A stretch of 59,527 nt of DNA, the filler included, from Basidiobolus ranarum (lineage: Eukaryota): assembly GCA_040143965.1 (NCBI GenBank). It is 4 parts of 4 records of this genome, joined end to end, with 100 filler letters (N's around TTAATTAATTAA, not from the genome) between each part and the next. Parts side by side here need not be neighbours in the genome. Positions count along the whole stretch, not along the records: positions 14,949 to 29,776 come from JASJQH010007285.1; positions 29,877 to 44,657 come from JASJQH010007286.1; 2 more parts are not named here. The stretch is one strand, 5' to 3'. The notes beneath the pieces are model-generated. The model saw only the letters and a list, made by a program, of their open reading frames with translations, made no database searches and had not been told where the DNA came from. Of the stretch, positions 23,942 through 37,300 are shown one piece after another. The position numbers and the translations under genes were made by a program. Positions within the stretch are counted from its first letter, which is position 1, and each line of letters opens with the position of its first letter.

Positions 23942-24667
23942 GACTGAATAGAAGATACTTTATTAAAGCTAGGGAAAGGGAAAACTATTTTGAACAATCA
24001 TCTGGAGTTTACTCATTATATATAGTATGTAAGGTATAAACTGTTCCAAGGAATGAAACACACCGAAAACCACTTTCTATTCTCCTAAAATTCCTTCAAC
24101 ATCTCTGTCTTCGAAATTAATTCAATGTTGATTCTCATAGTTCCGCATCAAATCATCCCGAGCACTTCGGAAGCATTCTCTAACTTCTTGGTATCATCGA
24201 CAGTATCTAGTTACATCAATATCCCATCAAACCAGAAGAATCCAATGCACCATATGCACCACTTGTATTACCTAGGGGGAATCAATCATAGTATCAACGA
24301 AAGGAGTTTGCCAAGAGACTAGAGTCACTTCGGAGAAATAGTGAATGATAGGGATCGATTTTATCAAATATCGATTATTTCATAAGCGAGAAATGTTGAG
24401 AATGAATGAATTGAATGTCGATAAATAATATATGGGACTCCATCAAAATATCTGAATTGCATATGCAGTGATCCCCATATCAATTCCAATTCTTATGAGA
24501 AATTTGGGAGATATTCTAGGGTTCTTCGAATGGTTCTCGAACCCTGCTGTGATAAATTTTATATTCATAATATCCCAAAATAAAGAAATTTATTTGGTCC
24601 AGAGCCATTATACTCGTTGACATAAAGTCGTTCCTCCTTTCTATTTCATTTTTGAGATCAGTCCAAG

Positions 24668-25233
24668 ATGAACAAAATCATATCTGCCGAAGAACTTAGT
24701 GCCCATAATAGTAGATCTGATCTATGGTTTTCTATTGAGGGAAAGATTTATGATGTGACCAGCTTTGTAGATGAGGTTAGATGAGAGGTTTTTTTTCGCA
24801 CGTACAAACTCAAATGTTTTCTCTTCTAATCTCTGTTTAAATATGAAGCACCCAGGTGGTGAAGAGGTGATTCTTGAACAAGGTGGTTTAGATGCTACCG
24901 AAGCTTTCATTGATGTTGGCCATTCTGATGATGCTAGAAAGATTCTCAAAGATCTATATATTGGAGACTTAAAAGAAGGAGTAAGTTTTTAAAATGGATA
25001 TATACAACTACAAATCAGATAATAACCGAATGATGAATAGGATGTCATCGAAAAGCCAACTTTATCTAGTGTGAACCAGGCTTCCATGGAAAGAGAAGAA
25101 TCAAGGTAAATTTATTAAAAGTATATTTGATTGTAACAATGGAAACTAATCAAGTGTTATCAGTTTTCTTTCAAACTTCGGCCTTCCCATTATTTTTGCG
25201 GTATTATTTGTTATCTACAAAAATTACTTCTAG
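24668..25233 (+). CDS. CYB5: Cytochrome b5, tail-anchored, 4 exons
   Basis: W..I.GKIYDVT.F..|HPGGEEVI...[12 protein letters not shown], with a hydrophobic C-terminal anchor. Introns start at about 24776, 24981 and 25105. Confidence 0.92.
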
Positions 25234-26110
25234 ACATCAACGTACAACTACAACCCCGAAATAACATGTATATCATAATCGGTATTTTCTCGTCTGGATA
25301 GCTCCTTTTCATTAATAATAAAAGTTATTGTTGTTTATTATATACGTGAGACATCTGACGGATAGGGAATTAAGCGCAATACCCTTATACAGACTCAGGG
25401 CTATCCTAGTACCTAGTACTATAGAGCCATTTGTTAAGCAAGGACTAAATACAGATGGACTGTTTTCCCTCCACTATCATCAATGCAATCACATTCAGGA
25501 GAACAAGTCGATTTGGCTATTTATATAGTTTACATATAGCAGATTTCATTTATGTCGGGCAATAATAAACGAGTAATTCGTAGTAAAGATCACTACTAGA
25601 AATATGCACCCTATTTCCTGTTTGTAGCTACAGCATCACGCGCTCTATCAGCAATGAAAATGGAGCTGGATGCACACATGCTTTGGGGGATTATTATACT
25701 ATAAACGAAGTGTACCTTTGAGGTTGCGCAGCCTGTCCGCATCTTATGGATCAATAGCAACCATTAGAGCAAAAGATAAGCAAATGATCATCAAACTTGC
25801 ACTCAATACAGTAAGATAGATACGTAGCTGAGTCATTATCTACACATCCCATTGGTTCACTGACAACCTAGAAGGTACTTTCAAACGATTTCAACCAATT
25901 TCCATATCAGTGTTTTTCTTACTTTTATTGAGCGAAAACCCCGTGAATAAAGCGGTGAAACCAGGGTCGATAACATCGAATATAAAGTAGAATCAGGTGC
26001 GCCTGAAGACTTTGTCTCTTCTTACTTTTTACTCGATAACCTGTCAAACTCCTTGGCTAGATATTTGGATATTTCAGAGATTTATTAGATAAATCAATAA
26101 ACTTGCCAAC

Positions 26111-27611
26111 ATGACTTTGTATTACGCAAATTTTTGGAGTCAAGAGAACGACACAAGCTCAGCTGAAACTTGGATCTTGGTCTTGGGTTCAAGTCTAGCT
26201 TGTTTGTTAGGAGGTACTTTGTCTTATCAATTAATCATATAGATATTCTTTTGTGTAGAAGTAGGTGAATTAAACCTATATATATTTTTTAGCATCCATT
26301 GTGTTTCTGGATGGAATTGCTCATCGGGTGTTCAAGAGTGATTTTCGTATTACAGAATCACGTACATTCTTAGCCTCATCACTGGGTTTGGCATCTGGAA
26401 TTATGGTAACTCATTTATCAAAATTTGGTTATTCCTGTTAAGCCAACGCTAATGACTTTACTTGGAATAGATGTACTCTAGTTTAGTTGTGCTATTACCC
26501 GAATCTCGACACTTTCTTGTCGAGTCCAATCTGGTCGGTAATTATGTAGATGTGGCACTTATGTGTGTATTCGCTTCGGGTACAATACTAGCCTTTTTGT
26601 TGAATCGCTTAATTCAATGGATATCTCCTCATGATATTTGCCCATGTCATCCTCCCTCTCTTGACGAACTTGATGAAGAAACTACAGTTGGGATGCCTTC
26701 AACTGCGGTCGATATTAAAACTCCCCATGAGCACGAAACTAGCCGGCTACTTCCCTCGCACGAACCTGTTTCTAATCCCTCATATGGCTCGCATCATAAT
26801 CATTGTCACTCCTATACACCAGATGTTACTTGTCCCGATCCTCATCCTAGCCACTCCAGGGTAGTTGTAGACGACCACCTACACCATGAGAATGATCATC
26901 ATCACCACGAACAAACTCCAAATGAAGGACATGTACATCACCATCATCACCACCATCATGATAATCAAGAAGAACAAAAGCAATGCGAAACATTGCACAG
27001 GAGAACCTCAGTCCATTGTCATGATAATGTATGCATGGCGGATGTTGCAGCTGTAGAAACCGAAACCAAAGAAAAGATGCAACTCTTGACTGTAGGCATT
27101 CAAACGGCAGTGGCCATTTCAATTCATAAGTTCCCAGGTATGCTTATTTTCATGGATGTCCTATTTTGCTATATTGATTAACACCCATATCCCATTAGAG
27201 GGTTTGATTATGTTCTTAGGAAGCCACGTATCCTCCTCTCTTGGACTTGGACTCTTCCTTGCGATCGCCATTCACAACATCCCAGAAGGATTAATGATCT
27301 CAATTCCTTTATATGCGTCCACCGGATCACCAACTAAAGCGTTCCTATATGCTGGAATACTAGGCGGCTTATCACAGCCCTTTGGAGCAATTGTGGGGTA
27401 TATTCTTTTGAAGGAGATGCAAGCCACTCAAATATCGATACTATATGGCTTAGTATTTGGTGCGGTATCGGGACTGATGACAGTCATTGTAATACAAGGG
27501 ATGTTGCCGTCAGCATTCCGCTACGACACAAAGGGTAATATGGTTGTCACTTGGTTTTTAATTGGATTACTAATCATTGGCTTCGCCTCGGCATCCTTCG
27601 AAAGTCATTGA
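26111..27611 (+). CDS. ZIP-family (ZupT/GufA-like) zinc transporter, 4 exons
   Basis: Transmembrane segments, long His-rich loop, IHKFPEG (across an intron) and IHNIPEG metal-binding motifs. Confidence 0.92.
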
Positions 27612-28164
27612 GAAAACCACTTTAGCTTTGAACCAATTACTGCTTTGATCGATCGAGTCGAGATCGCAAAAAGCCGAATTTCTATTATTTCTTTACCATC
27701 TAGATTTGTCGTTAGAATATACAATTTGTACCTTACTTTGTAAATATTCAGCGTGATAAGAGTGGATTGATTTTATACTCTATTGTATTCACTTTTTGAT
27801 TTGGATTAACATAATTCCATGAAAATAAAAAACCCCATATTCTCTGAAATTTCGTCCACATTTGGGGGGATTCTTGATTATTACCTGACTGATTAATATG
27901 GAGATTGGATGATCAAATGTGCGAATTTCGCATTGGTTATGTTTACTGCAATATTTTGGGATGATTTTCAAAAATCACATATCTTAGATTTATATATATT
28001 ACCAAACATGATCTGAAGGAAAGGAAAGGAATGGGAGAGGAGAGGAGAGAAGCTGTATAAACGTGGTGTATGAAATGGTGAGTTATTTACATAGTTAACA
28101 GTGAGGAGTTTGTATATGAAACTGGTGTGAAATTATATTAGATTACTTATGTTAGTATAGCTCT

Positions 28165-28968
28165 TCAGCCCTCATGGATCGAATAATCCAATAATGTTGA
28201 AGAACAACTATAGAAACTTTCCTCAGAGCTCCTATTTTCTGATTCCGAGAATTCTTCATGCGCGTCCCAAACGTTAGTAGGACAAAGTGAGATATCCACC
28301 GAGTTGGTATGCTCGCTGGTAGGTTCATTATTTGAGTCAATCAAAGGAATGAAACCGTTAGAAAACCCATTCGATTCAATTTCGTTTAAAATGGGTGCAC
28401 TGGGTTCTTGTCTCGAGGAAGTCAACATAGGTGCCTCTAAGCAATCCCTCATAATAGCGTTGGTCCCATCGAATATTGGTGCGGACGGAATCTCTTGACG
28501 TAATATGCACGAGGGTGGTGAAGGGAGACTCAATACTGCCAATTCAATATTCTCTGCAGATTCTCTAGATAGACTACTAGTAAATCCAGACGGACGATAT
28601 GCGTCCGTCTCCCAGGAAGATATGGGTGGAAGAGAAATGACTGGCATACTCGAAGAATAAGTTGGGTGTATATCATCATGGTATAGATATGCGGGTGGTG
28701 CTATATCAGGAGTTACTGTAGCAGAACTGCTAGGATAATAATTGACATGTGTTGAAGCTTGTCCAGATTGATGAGATGTGGAACTTCTAAAGGATGTTGC
28801 AGAGTTTACTACTTCAGGACTACCATAAATAAATCTTCGACGAGTCCACAACTCTTTTGCCAATGCGTTCACCTTATCCTGCTGTTTCTTAAAGTGTACT
28901 TTACGTGCCACCATAGAGCTAACTACAGCAACACCTAACAAACCACCGACAGTTTCGACGAATGGCAT
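28165..28968 (-). CDS. Hypothetical single-pass membrane protein with a disordered Ser/Pro-rich tail
   Basis: 267-aa ORF, N-terminal hydrophobic segment followed by basic residues, PPAY and two PSAP motifs. Confidence 0.65.
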   Translation of the reverse strand: MPFVETVGGLLGVAVVSSMVARKVHFKKQQDKVNALAKELWTRRRFIYGSPEVVNSATSFRSSTSHQSGQASTHVNYYPSSSATVTPDIAPPAYLYHDDIHPTYSSSMPVISLPPISSWETDAYRPSGFTSSLSRESAENIELAVLSLPSPPSCILRQEIPSAPIFDGTNAIMRDCLEAPMLTSSRQEPSAPILNEIESNGFSNGFIPLIDSNNEPTSEHTNSVDISLCPTNVWDAHEEFSESENRSSEESFYSCSSTLLDYSIHEG

Positions 28969-29584
28969 GACAGTGCGGTTGTATATTCAATTAAATTCAA
29001 AAGAAACGCCTAAAATTATGTCGAACGTTCACAAAGGGAGAATCTGACGAGGGAAAACTTAAACCGTGAAATGCCAAGAGATTTCATCGTTTTAAATGGA
29101 ATAAAACACTGATTGAAAGCATTTCAAAAGGGAACACGGAATAATTAACCCGACCTAGATAGAACAATACAGGCGTATATACTTGCCCATATCTGAAAAA
29201 GATCAATCCTCAATGCCGTCTAGACCGATCCAGCCACGTTTTGTTTTCATTTCGTGGCATCAATAGGACTCATTGAAGTGGAATTTGGTGACGAGTGGCT
29301 AGTGGCCAGCGATGGAATCTACATATCTGATCAAATAAATTTTTCCAGAACAATCAGAACATTCGCATCAGTGGTGTGGGTTGGTACATGCCAAACTCTA
29401 CTTGAATTATGCCTGACTCGATGACGAATAGAACCTTCATTTGTAAGCAATTGTACTGGATGTATTGGAATACTGGGGTTACCCGTCGGAGTATTTATGA
29501 GGCTCTGAAAACAAATCCAATCTGAAACAGCACATAAATAATAATATACTTCTTTTTTATTGTTCTAAATTTCTTTATCTCTAC

Positions 29585-29668
29585 TCTCTCTCTACTTTGA
29601 AATGGACATGTATTCTCTCTACTTTGAAATTGACATGTACTCTCTCTCTACTTTGAAATTGACACGTA
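29585..29668. repeat. Short tandem repeat, about 28-bp unit x3
   Basis: CTCTCTACTTTGAAAT(G/T)GACA(T/C)GTA repeated three times. Confidence 0.85.
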
Positions 29669-30213
29669 CATTTAGCAGTAGATTCAGTTTTCTGACTTCG
29701 ATAGGTAGATCTAGTCACGTGAATGGTGAATGAAACTTTAATTTTTGGGACGAAACTTAATGAATATTAACAGCAGNNNNNNNNNNNNNNNNNNNNNNNN
29801 NNNNNNNNNNNNNNNNNNNNTTAATTAATTAANNNNNNNNNNNNNNNNNNNNNNNNNNNNNNNNNNNNNNNNNNNNGGAGTTGTCAATAGCTTTGTGAGA
29901 TAATTGTTTATTGTCCAGAAATAAAGAATATATATATTTTGGTGGAAATACAGAAAACTAACACTGGGGTTGCATTCAGACCATCTGTGGGAATAAAATG
30001 AGCTATCTTTGGGGCAATTTGTACAAGTCTGAAATTTCCAATATGGAATTGCTAATACTCACATTATTCAAGTATATATATATAACATATGTTCCAATTT
30101 TCAGCTAAGTGATATTTGACTGAGTAATGTTAACTAATGTATACATGATATATGAAATAATTAGATACATAAAGATAGAGATAACAAATATGATAAAGAC
30201 AATAAACTTCAAC

Positions 30214-31290
30214 ATGGATAAGGTCAGGTGTCTACTCAGCAATGATGATAAACTAAACTGATGTTTATGCAAGTTGTATAGATATGGTAGAAGTTAAGCT
30301 AATTTGTTTGTTGGTGCCCAACCTGGATGAGGATTATTTGTAGTAGGTAAAGTTCCTTAGAGTTGAAAGATTTGTTGCTGGTTCCCATGATTGATCTGTT
30401 GTCAAGCATCCAGCCCACTGAATACTGCAATTTTTGTCAATAAGTTCTGGAATATAAAATTTTACTAATTTCATATTCAAAGTGTACTTCTACTTGGGTT
30501 GCTGGGAATGGGTAAATGGATTGGCCATGGAAAGTGTTTTGGGAATGTGTCTTCAGGAGAGATATATGGAGTATATTGTGAGCTTTGAAATGGTCTGGGA
30601 GCTCATGGAAAAGGCTGTTGGGTTGATTTGTTTAATAATCTTGAAAGGCTCTAGTTTTTTATGATGATGTTAATCACAATATCTAGTAGTCTTATTGTTT
30701 TATCAATTAGCCATGTATCATCTACTTGCTTGAGATCTGGATTTAGCTTTCTTTTCTATGAGCTAAGTTCTTGTATTGGGATTGAGCATGCTCCAACTTA
30801 GATATTGATTGTTTGTGGATTTCCTTAAGGAAAGTGGCATTACCTGAAAGAAAGGAGTTTTTTTTGTTGAGGTACAATAACAGTTGTTGCAAGCAAATTC
30901 AGTAAGAGGAAAGAGTTGTGTTCAATTAACTTAAATAAAGCAAATAGTCCATTGCAAATATTGTTCCAAAACTTGGTTGACTTTTTCTGCTTGACCATCA
31001 GATCAAAGATGGAAGCCAGTGGAGAGATTGGCAGAGATACATAGGCTTAGGAAAGAAATTTTCAGAAATTTGGAAGCAAACTGATGTCCTTTGTCTGGGA
31101 TAATTGTTTCAGAGAGTCTATGTAGGAGGAAGAAATTTTGATTAATCAAATCTGTGGTTAGTGTTTCATCAATTGACTTGTTGCAGGGCACAAAGTAGAC
31201 TGTCTTTGCTAGTGGGGTAACAATTACCAGAATTGAATCATATTTGGCAGAGAAGGGTAGGTCAGTGATGTAGTCCATGGATATGGCTTA
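30214..31290 (-). mobile_element. Degenerate Ty3/Gypsy chromovirus fragment (integrase plus chromodomain)
   Basis: MDYITDLP...DSILVIV...PDKGHQF...STGFH integrase core. EYEISKIL...SWEPATNL chromodomain remnant at about 30370-30480. Stops and frameshifts. Confidence 0.85.
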
Positions 31291-31329
31291 TGAAGTCCAA
31301 GAGCACTCACATTTGACAATTGAACACAA

Positions 31330-34300
31330 GTCATGTTGGGAAAATCAACACATATATCCATTGGAATCTATTGTGCACTTACATAATTCAGAGAAATTCA
31401 GTTGGCACTTGTCAGGTGCCAAGTGATTGAAAGCTATTTGTTAACATGTGAAGCTTATATGTAATAAAAAAACTTTGGTTTCCTTAAGTTTTCTGCTATC
31501 TTGGAACTCTTAAGGATTCCTTAATACTTACATAGTGCTAAGTGAATACATGTCATTGTAGATAAATTTAAGCTGATGTTGTCTGAATACACTCTGCCTC
31601 CTTTGCATTTGCCAGCAATTCATTAGCACTCATTCTGTGCCTGTTGAATCTAAACCATTCTTGGTAAATTGAAGAAAATACCTAGCAGATCACATGCTGC
31701 CATCTTTGAATATTTAATAATTCCTTTAGCACTTACTCTGTGCCAAATGAATATAAGCCTTTTCATATCATGTAAAGCTCATACCTACTAGAACTAACTC
31801 TCCTTTCATTGCACTTTGATGAATTTCATGTGTATTTGCACTGTGGCAACTGAATAAATGTCAATGTTGGGAACAGTACATTAATATCTAATAGAACACA
31901 GACCAGTCTCAATGCATATGTGAGAATGAGTTATCACTCACTCTGCGCCTACTAAAAAGACTGCGATTTCCAGCAATTTCAAGTGTATATATCTCAATAC
32001 AAGCTGATATCCATTTGAATAAATTCTGCCCTTGTTGATTTTGTAAGACTTTGTTTAGCACTATATCTGTGCCTACTAAATAGAACCCATTTTGAGCAAT
32101 TTCAAGTTTGATGTTGTGAAGAAGTAGAGAATATATTAGTACTCACTCGCAGCAATTGAATATAACTATTTTGAATATATTCAAGCTCATATCCATTAAA
32201 ACAGACTCTCATTGAGTTTTCAAGATTTACATCAGCACCCACATTGTGCCAATTGACTATAAGCTATTCCATATTACATCCAGCTCATGTCTATTAGAAC
32301 AAACTCTCTTATTGTTGAATGTGTTAGATTTCCATTGGTACTTATTCTGTGTCAACTGAATGTAAGTTTTTTGAGACAAAATCTGAGTTAATGGTTATTT
32401 AAATACAGTCTGCTCCCTGTGTATTGTTCAGAATTCCATAAGCACTCTCTCTGTGCCAGCTGAATATAAGCTCTTTTACATAAATTTAAGCTTATAGCTA
32501 ATAGAAAACACTCTGGTCACATTCCATTTGTTAGAATTGAATTAACACTCACTCGGTGCCTACTAATTATTGTCAATTTCAGGTTGTTTCACCCTTATGT
32601 CTGAATTTAAGCTAATGTTTGATTGGAACAGTGTTTTCTCTCATTGACTTTGTAAAAATTCCTTGAGTACCTATTCCATTCCTATTGTTAAGTGCCTATT
32701 TCAGGTCATTGCAAGCTCAGATACTTCAGATCACACCCTGCTTTTATTGAATCTTTAAGAATTATATTGGCCTTCACTTTGTGCGTACTTTAAAGAACCT
32801 AATACATGCAATTTGCAGGTTAAATCCAAAGGAACCTTATTTGCACTTGATGAATTAGCAAGAATTCATTGGTACTCACTCTGTGCAAATTCAATCAAAG
32901 TTCATTTTGGTAAATCTAAATGCTAACTATTATGGCTCAATCTCCTATCAATAATTGACAAGAGAACCATTAGAACTTACTCTGTGCCAATCAAATATCA
33001 ACAATTTTGGATATGTTCAATCAAATATCAATAAGCTCACATTCTGCTCTTGCTGAATTTGTATTTAGTCCAGTGGTACTAGCTCTGTGTCAATTGGATG
33101 TATGTAGTTTTGCTAAACTGAAGCTTCCATCTAATAGAACACACTCTGCTCTCATTCCATTTGTAACAATTGCCCAAACAATCACACTCTGCCAGCCAAG
33201 CAAAACTACTTAGTACCCACTTTGTGCCTAGAATAAAGACATAATTTCAGTAAACTTCAAACTTGAATTGCTTATGTGTAAGAAATCTGTTAGCAATCAC
33301 TCTGTGCCTACTAAACATGAGCTATTTTGACTAAAGTTAAGTTTACATCTATGAAAGAGCACTCAACTCTCATTGATTGAGGAATATTGGATTAACTACC
33401 ACTTTGTGACAATTGGATATATACCATTGTTGGTGTATTCTTATAAAGTATTTGGGAGCCAGTTGGAAGAGGGCTGGAGAATAAGAGAAGTTGTTGGTAT
33501 TCAAATATTTACTTACTGAGAGATAGTTGACATTTTTACTTTTTCAAAAGGTAAACAAAATAACATGTACAATGTGTTGAGAAAGGTCCCAGGAACATGT
33601 TTGCAAAGTTTGTGGTGTCTAGCTCAAGTTTTCTATATACATATATATATCTGAGAACTTTTAAGATGGAAAAAGTATTGTGAGTAAAATCTGGTTGGGA
33701 ATAATGGGTATTATCTTGGTGAAATATAAGATAACTAAATACTAATCCATATATATGACTATAAAGTTGTTCAGGCAATGCTAGTTTCAATGCATTCAAG
33801 AAAATATCTCTGCAAACTAAGCAACTCTGTTCTACTTTGTACAAATTTGAAAGTGTACTATCTTCATATTCTCAAGGGTTATAATAGCCCACACTTTGTG
33901 CTAAGTAAATATAACATTGCTCTAATTGAATTTGTTTTCATTCCATTATCATTCACTCTGTGGCAAGTAATTCTCATCCATCTTGTATAAATGTACAATA
34001 ATATTTTGGAAACACCTTCAGGTCTCTTTGCAATTGTAATAGCTCCCTGAGAACCTTACTCTTGTGCTGCTAAGCAACATTACTTCAAAAATATCAATCT
34101 CATAAGAATTCAAACACACTCTGCCCTATTGGAAAATATTAGCATTGCATTAGCACTTGCTCTGTGCCAGTCAGATATAAGCCTTTGCATTGAAGCTATT
34201 TTCTACCAAAACTCACTCTGGTCTCATTGTATTTGTAGGAATTCCATTATTGCTGACTCTGTATTAATAACTTTGAAATAATGTCAGTTCTTATTCAACA

Positions 34301-37300
34301 CATATCCAGCAGATTGCTCTGCTCACATGAAACTTTTCTGATCATTTCATACCTAAATCTATTAGATCACACTCTTTTCCCAGTGCATTTGTAAGCATTT
34401 CATTAGTGCTGACTCTGGGCTTCACAATTAGAACCCATTTCTGGAAATTTTATGCTCACTTCTTTTGAACATAGAAATCCTCATAGAATTTGTAGAAATT
34501 AAAATGTAACCAAATCTGTACTTAGCAATTGGGACCTATTTCTATTTAGTTCATTGTTATATATTCATTTGAACACACTCTTTTCCCTTCAATGTGAGAG
34601 AACTTCAATAGTATTGACTCTAACCTGTGAGCAGAGTGCATTTCTGAACATATGATGCAAGAAACTAATAGAAACCACTGTGTTTCTCCATTAAATTTAT
34701 TAGTGTTCCATCAGTACTGACTCTGTGCCTAACAATTAGAACCTATTTATAGTAATCTCATGCATATATCAACTAGAACACTCTTTTTTCAAATTGAATC
34801 AATAGGAATTCCATCTGTACAGACTCTGTGTTAAACAATTGGAGCCCAATTTTGGAAATATCATGCTCATGTACATTGTAACACAACCATTTCTCTTGAA
34901 TATGTCAGAACTTAGATATTACTGACTCTGAACCAGCAGGCAGAGCCCATTTTGGATCATATAATGCTTAAATCTTGTAGAACACACTGTTTCCCCATTG
35001 AATTTGGGGAATTTCATTTGTACAGACTCTGCACCATACAATTTAAACCCCTCTCTTATAATTTCATACCTATATTAACTTAAACAATGTCTTTTCTTGT
35101 TGAATTAATAGAAACTCCATTAGTTCCAACTGTGTCACATAATATTTGAGTTTCTTTCTAAATATTCCATGCATATAACAACTAGAGCACTAGTGTTTCT
35201 TGTTGAAATATCAAAATTCCTTTAGTAGTTATTCTGAGCAAGTAATTGGATCACATTTCATATCATTTCATACCTAATTCTATTGGAAAAACTCTTACCC
35301 ATTGAAGTTGTAACTAGTCCATTACTATAGACTCTGTGCCACAAAATTAGAGCCTATTTCTTGTAATTTTTTTGGTTATCTGGACTGGAGAGCAATCCTT
35401 TCTTGTTACATTAGTATCATTATTAGTACTGACTGAGTACCAGAAAACTGATGGCCATCTCTGATTATTTCTAGCTTGAATATATTAAAACACAGTCTAT
35501 CTCTTTGAGTTGGAATGAATTCCATTAGTACTGACTCAGTGCCAAACAATTAGAGGCTATTTCTGGAAATCATGGACTAATCCTTTGAACACACTCTGTT
35601 GACTTTGCTTTTTAAATAATCCTCTACAACTGACTCTGTGCTAAACAATTGGATCTTGTTTTAATCAGTTAATGCTTAATTCTATTGAACACAATTTGTC
35701 TTGTTTGATTTGAAAGAATTGCATTAGTACTGAGTCTGTTCCTGGGAATTACAGCTCATTTCAGATCAGTTAATTCTTGACTCCATTAGAATACTCTCTT
35801 TTTGCTTTGTATTTGAAAAAAAATTCCATAGACCTGACTCTTCACCAAACAAAAACAGCATATATAAGATAACTTTAATGCTTGATTCTATCAAACACAC
35901 TCTTTCTCATTCTATTTAAAAGAATTCCATTGGTACTGACTCTGTGTTGAACAATTTCAGGATGTATCTGAGTATTTGATGCATAATTCTGATAGAACAC
36001 ACTCTTTGATCATTGAAATTGTCAGAACTTCACCAACACTGACTCTGTACCAGGCTACTTCTGAAACATTCATGCTAAATTCCTGTAGAACAGACTATTT
36101 TGGACCTTATATCTGAAAGTTTCATCACAAGTCTATTAAAACACACTGTTTTATTTATATTTGATTGAGTTCTAGTAATATGAGTCTGAGCCAAGCAAGC
36201 AGAGTATTTTTTGTGACTATTTCTGGAAATTAAATGCATAAATCCATTAGAAGACACTTATTTGTCATTGGACATCAAGTTATTCCATATGACCTGACTC
36301 TGCAACACACAATAAGATTTCATATCTGACCATTTTATCCTTAAATCTATAGAACACACTCTTTAGCTTTGACTTTGAATGAAATTCACCAGTAATAACT
36401 CTGTACCAAGCAATTAGAGCCTGCTCTTGATCATCATGCTAGAAGCTTTTGAACACAATCTATCTCATATAATTTGAAAAAATTACTTTACTACTTCCTC
36501 TATGTCAAACAATTAGAGCCTATTTTTGGAATTTGATGGGTGAATCTATTAGAACACACTCTTTTATCATTGGATTAGGATAATTCCACTAGAAGTAACT
36601 TTGCCCAAAATCAATAGAGCCCTCTTTGGATTATTATATAACTTGATTTACAGAAATACTCTTGCCCATTAAATTTAAAGGAATTCTGTTAGGGCTGACT
36701 TTGTGACATACAATTAGAGCCCATTTCTGAAAGGTTGACGCTGAATTGTTTTGAACACACAATATTCTCATTGACTCTGTAAGAATTCATTCAGAACTAA
36801 CTCTGTGCAGATCAAATTGTACCCATTTGTAGCACATTCATCCTTATATCCATTTGTGCACACCCTTTTCTGTTCAACTTGATGAAACTTCAATAATATT
36901 GGCTTTGAGCCAGCTACCAGAGCTCATTTCTCATTATATGATGCTTGAATTGACTAGAACCTGCTATTTTCCTATTGAGTTTTTAGGACTCTTTGAACAC
37001 TGACTCTGTGCCAAACAATTAGTACCATCTCTGCTTATTTCCAAACAGTTTCTAATTTAATGACTCTGAACCAGGAAGCAGAGCCCATTTCTGTTCAAAT
37101 CATGCTTCAAACTTTTAGATTGTTTTTCAATGAATCTGTAATATTGCATTACTACCAATGCTGCTGCAAACAATCAAGGCCATTTTCTTGCAATTTCATC
37201 AAAATATTAGCTAGAACACTGTCTTTTCATGTTTGGTATTGAAGAATTCCATTGGCAGTGACTCTGTGCCAAAATATTAGAGGCAATTTCTTAATATTTT

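Noticed and set aside
24518-24546. GGGTTC...GAACCC hairpin as a tRNA fragment
   Set aside because: No cloverleaf or A/B-box spacing.
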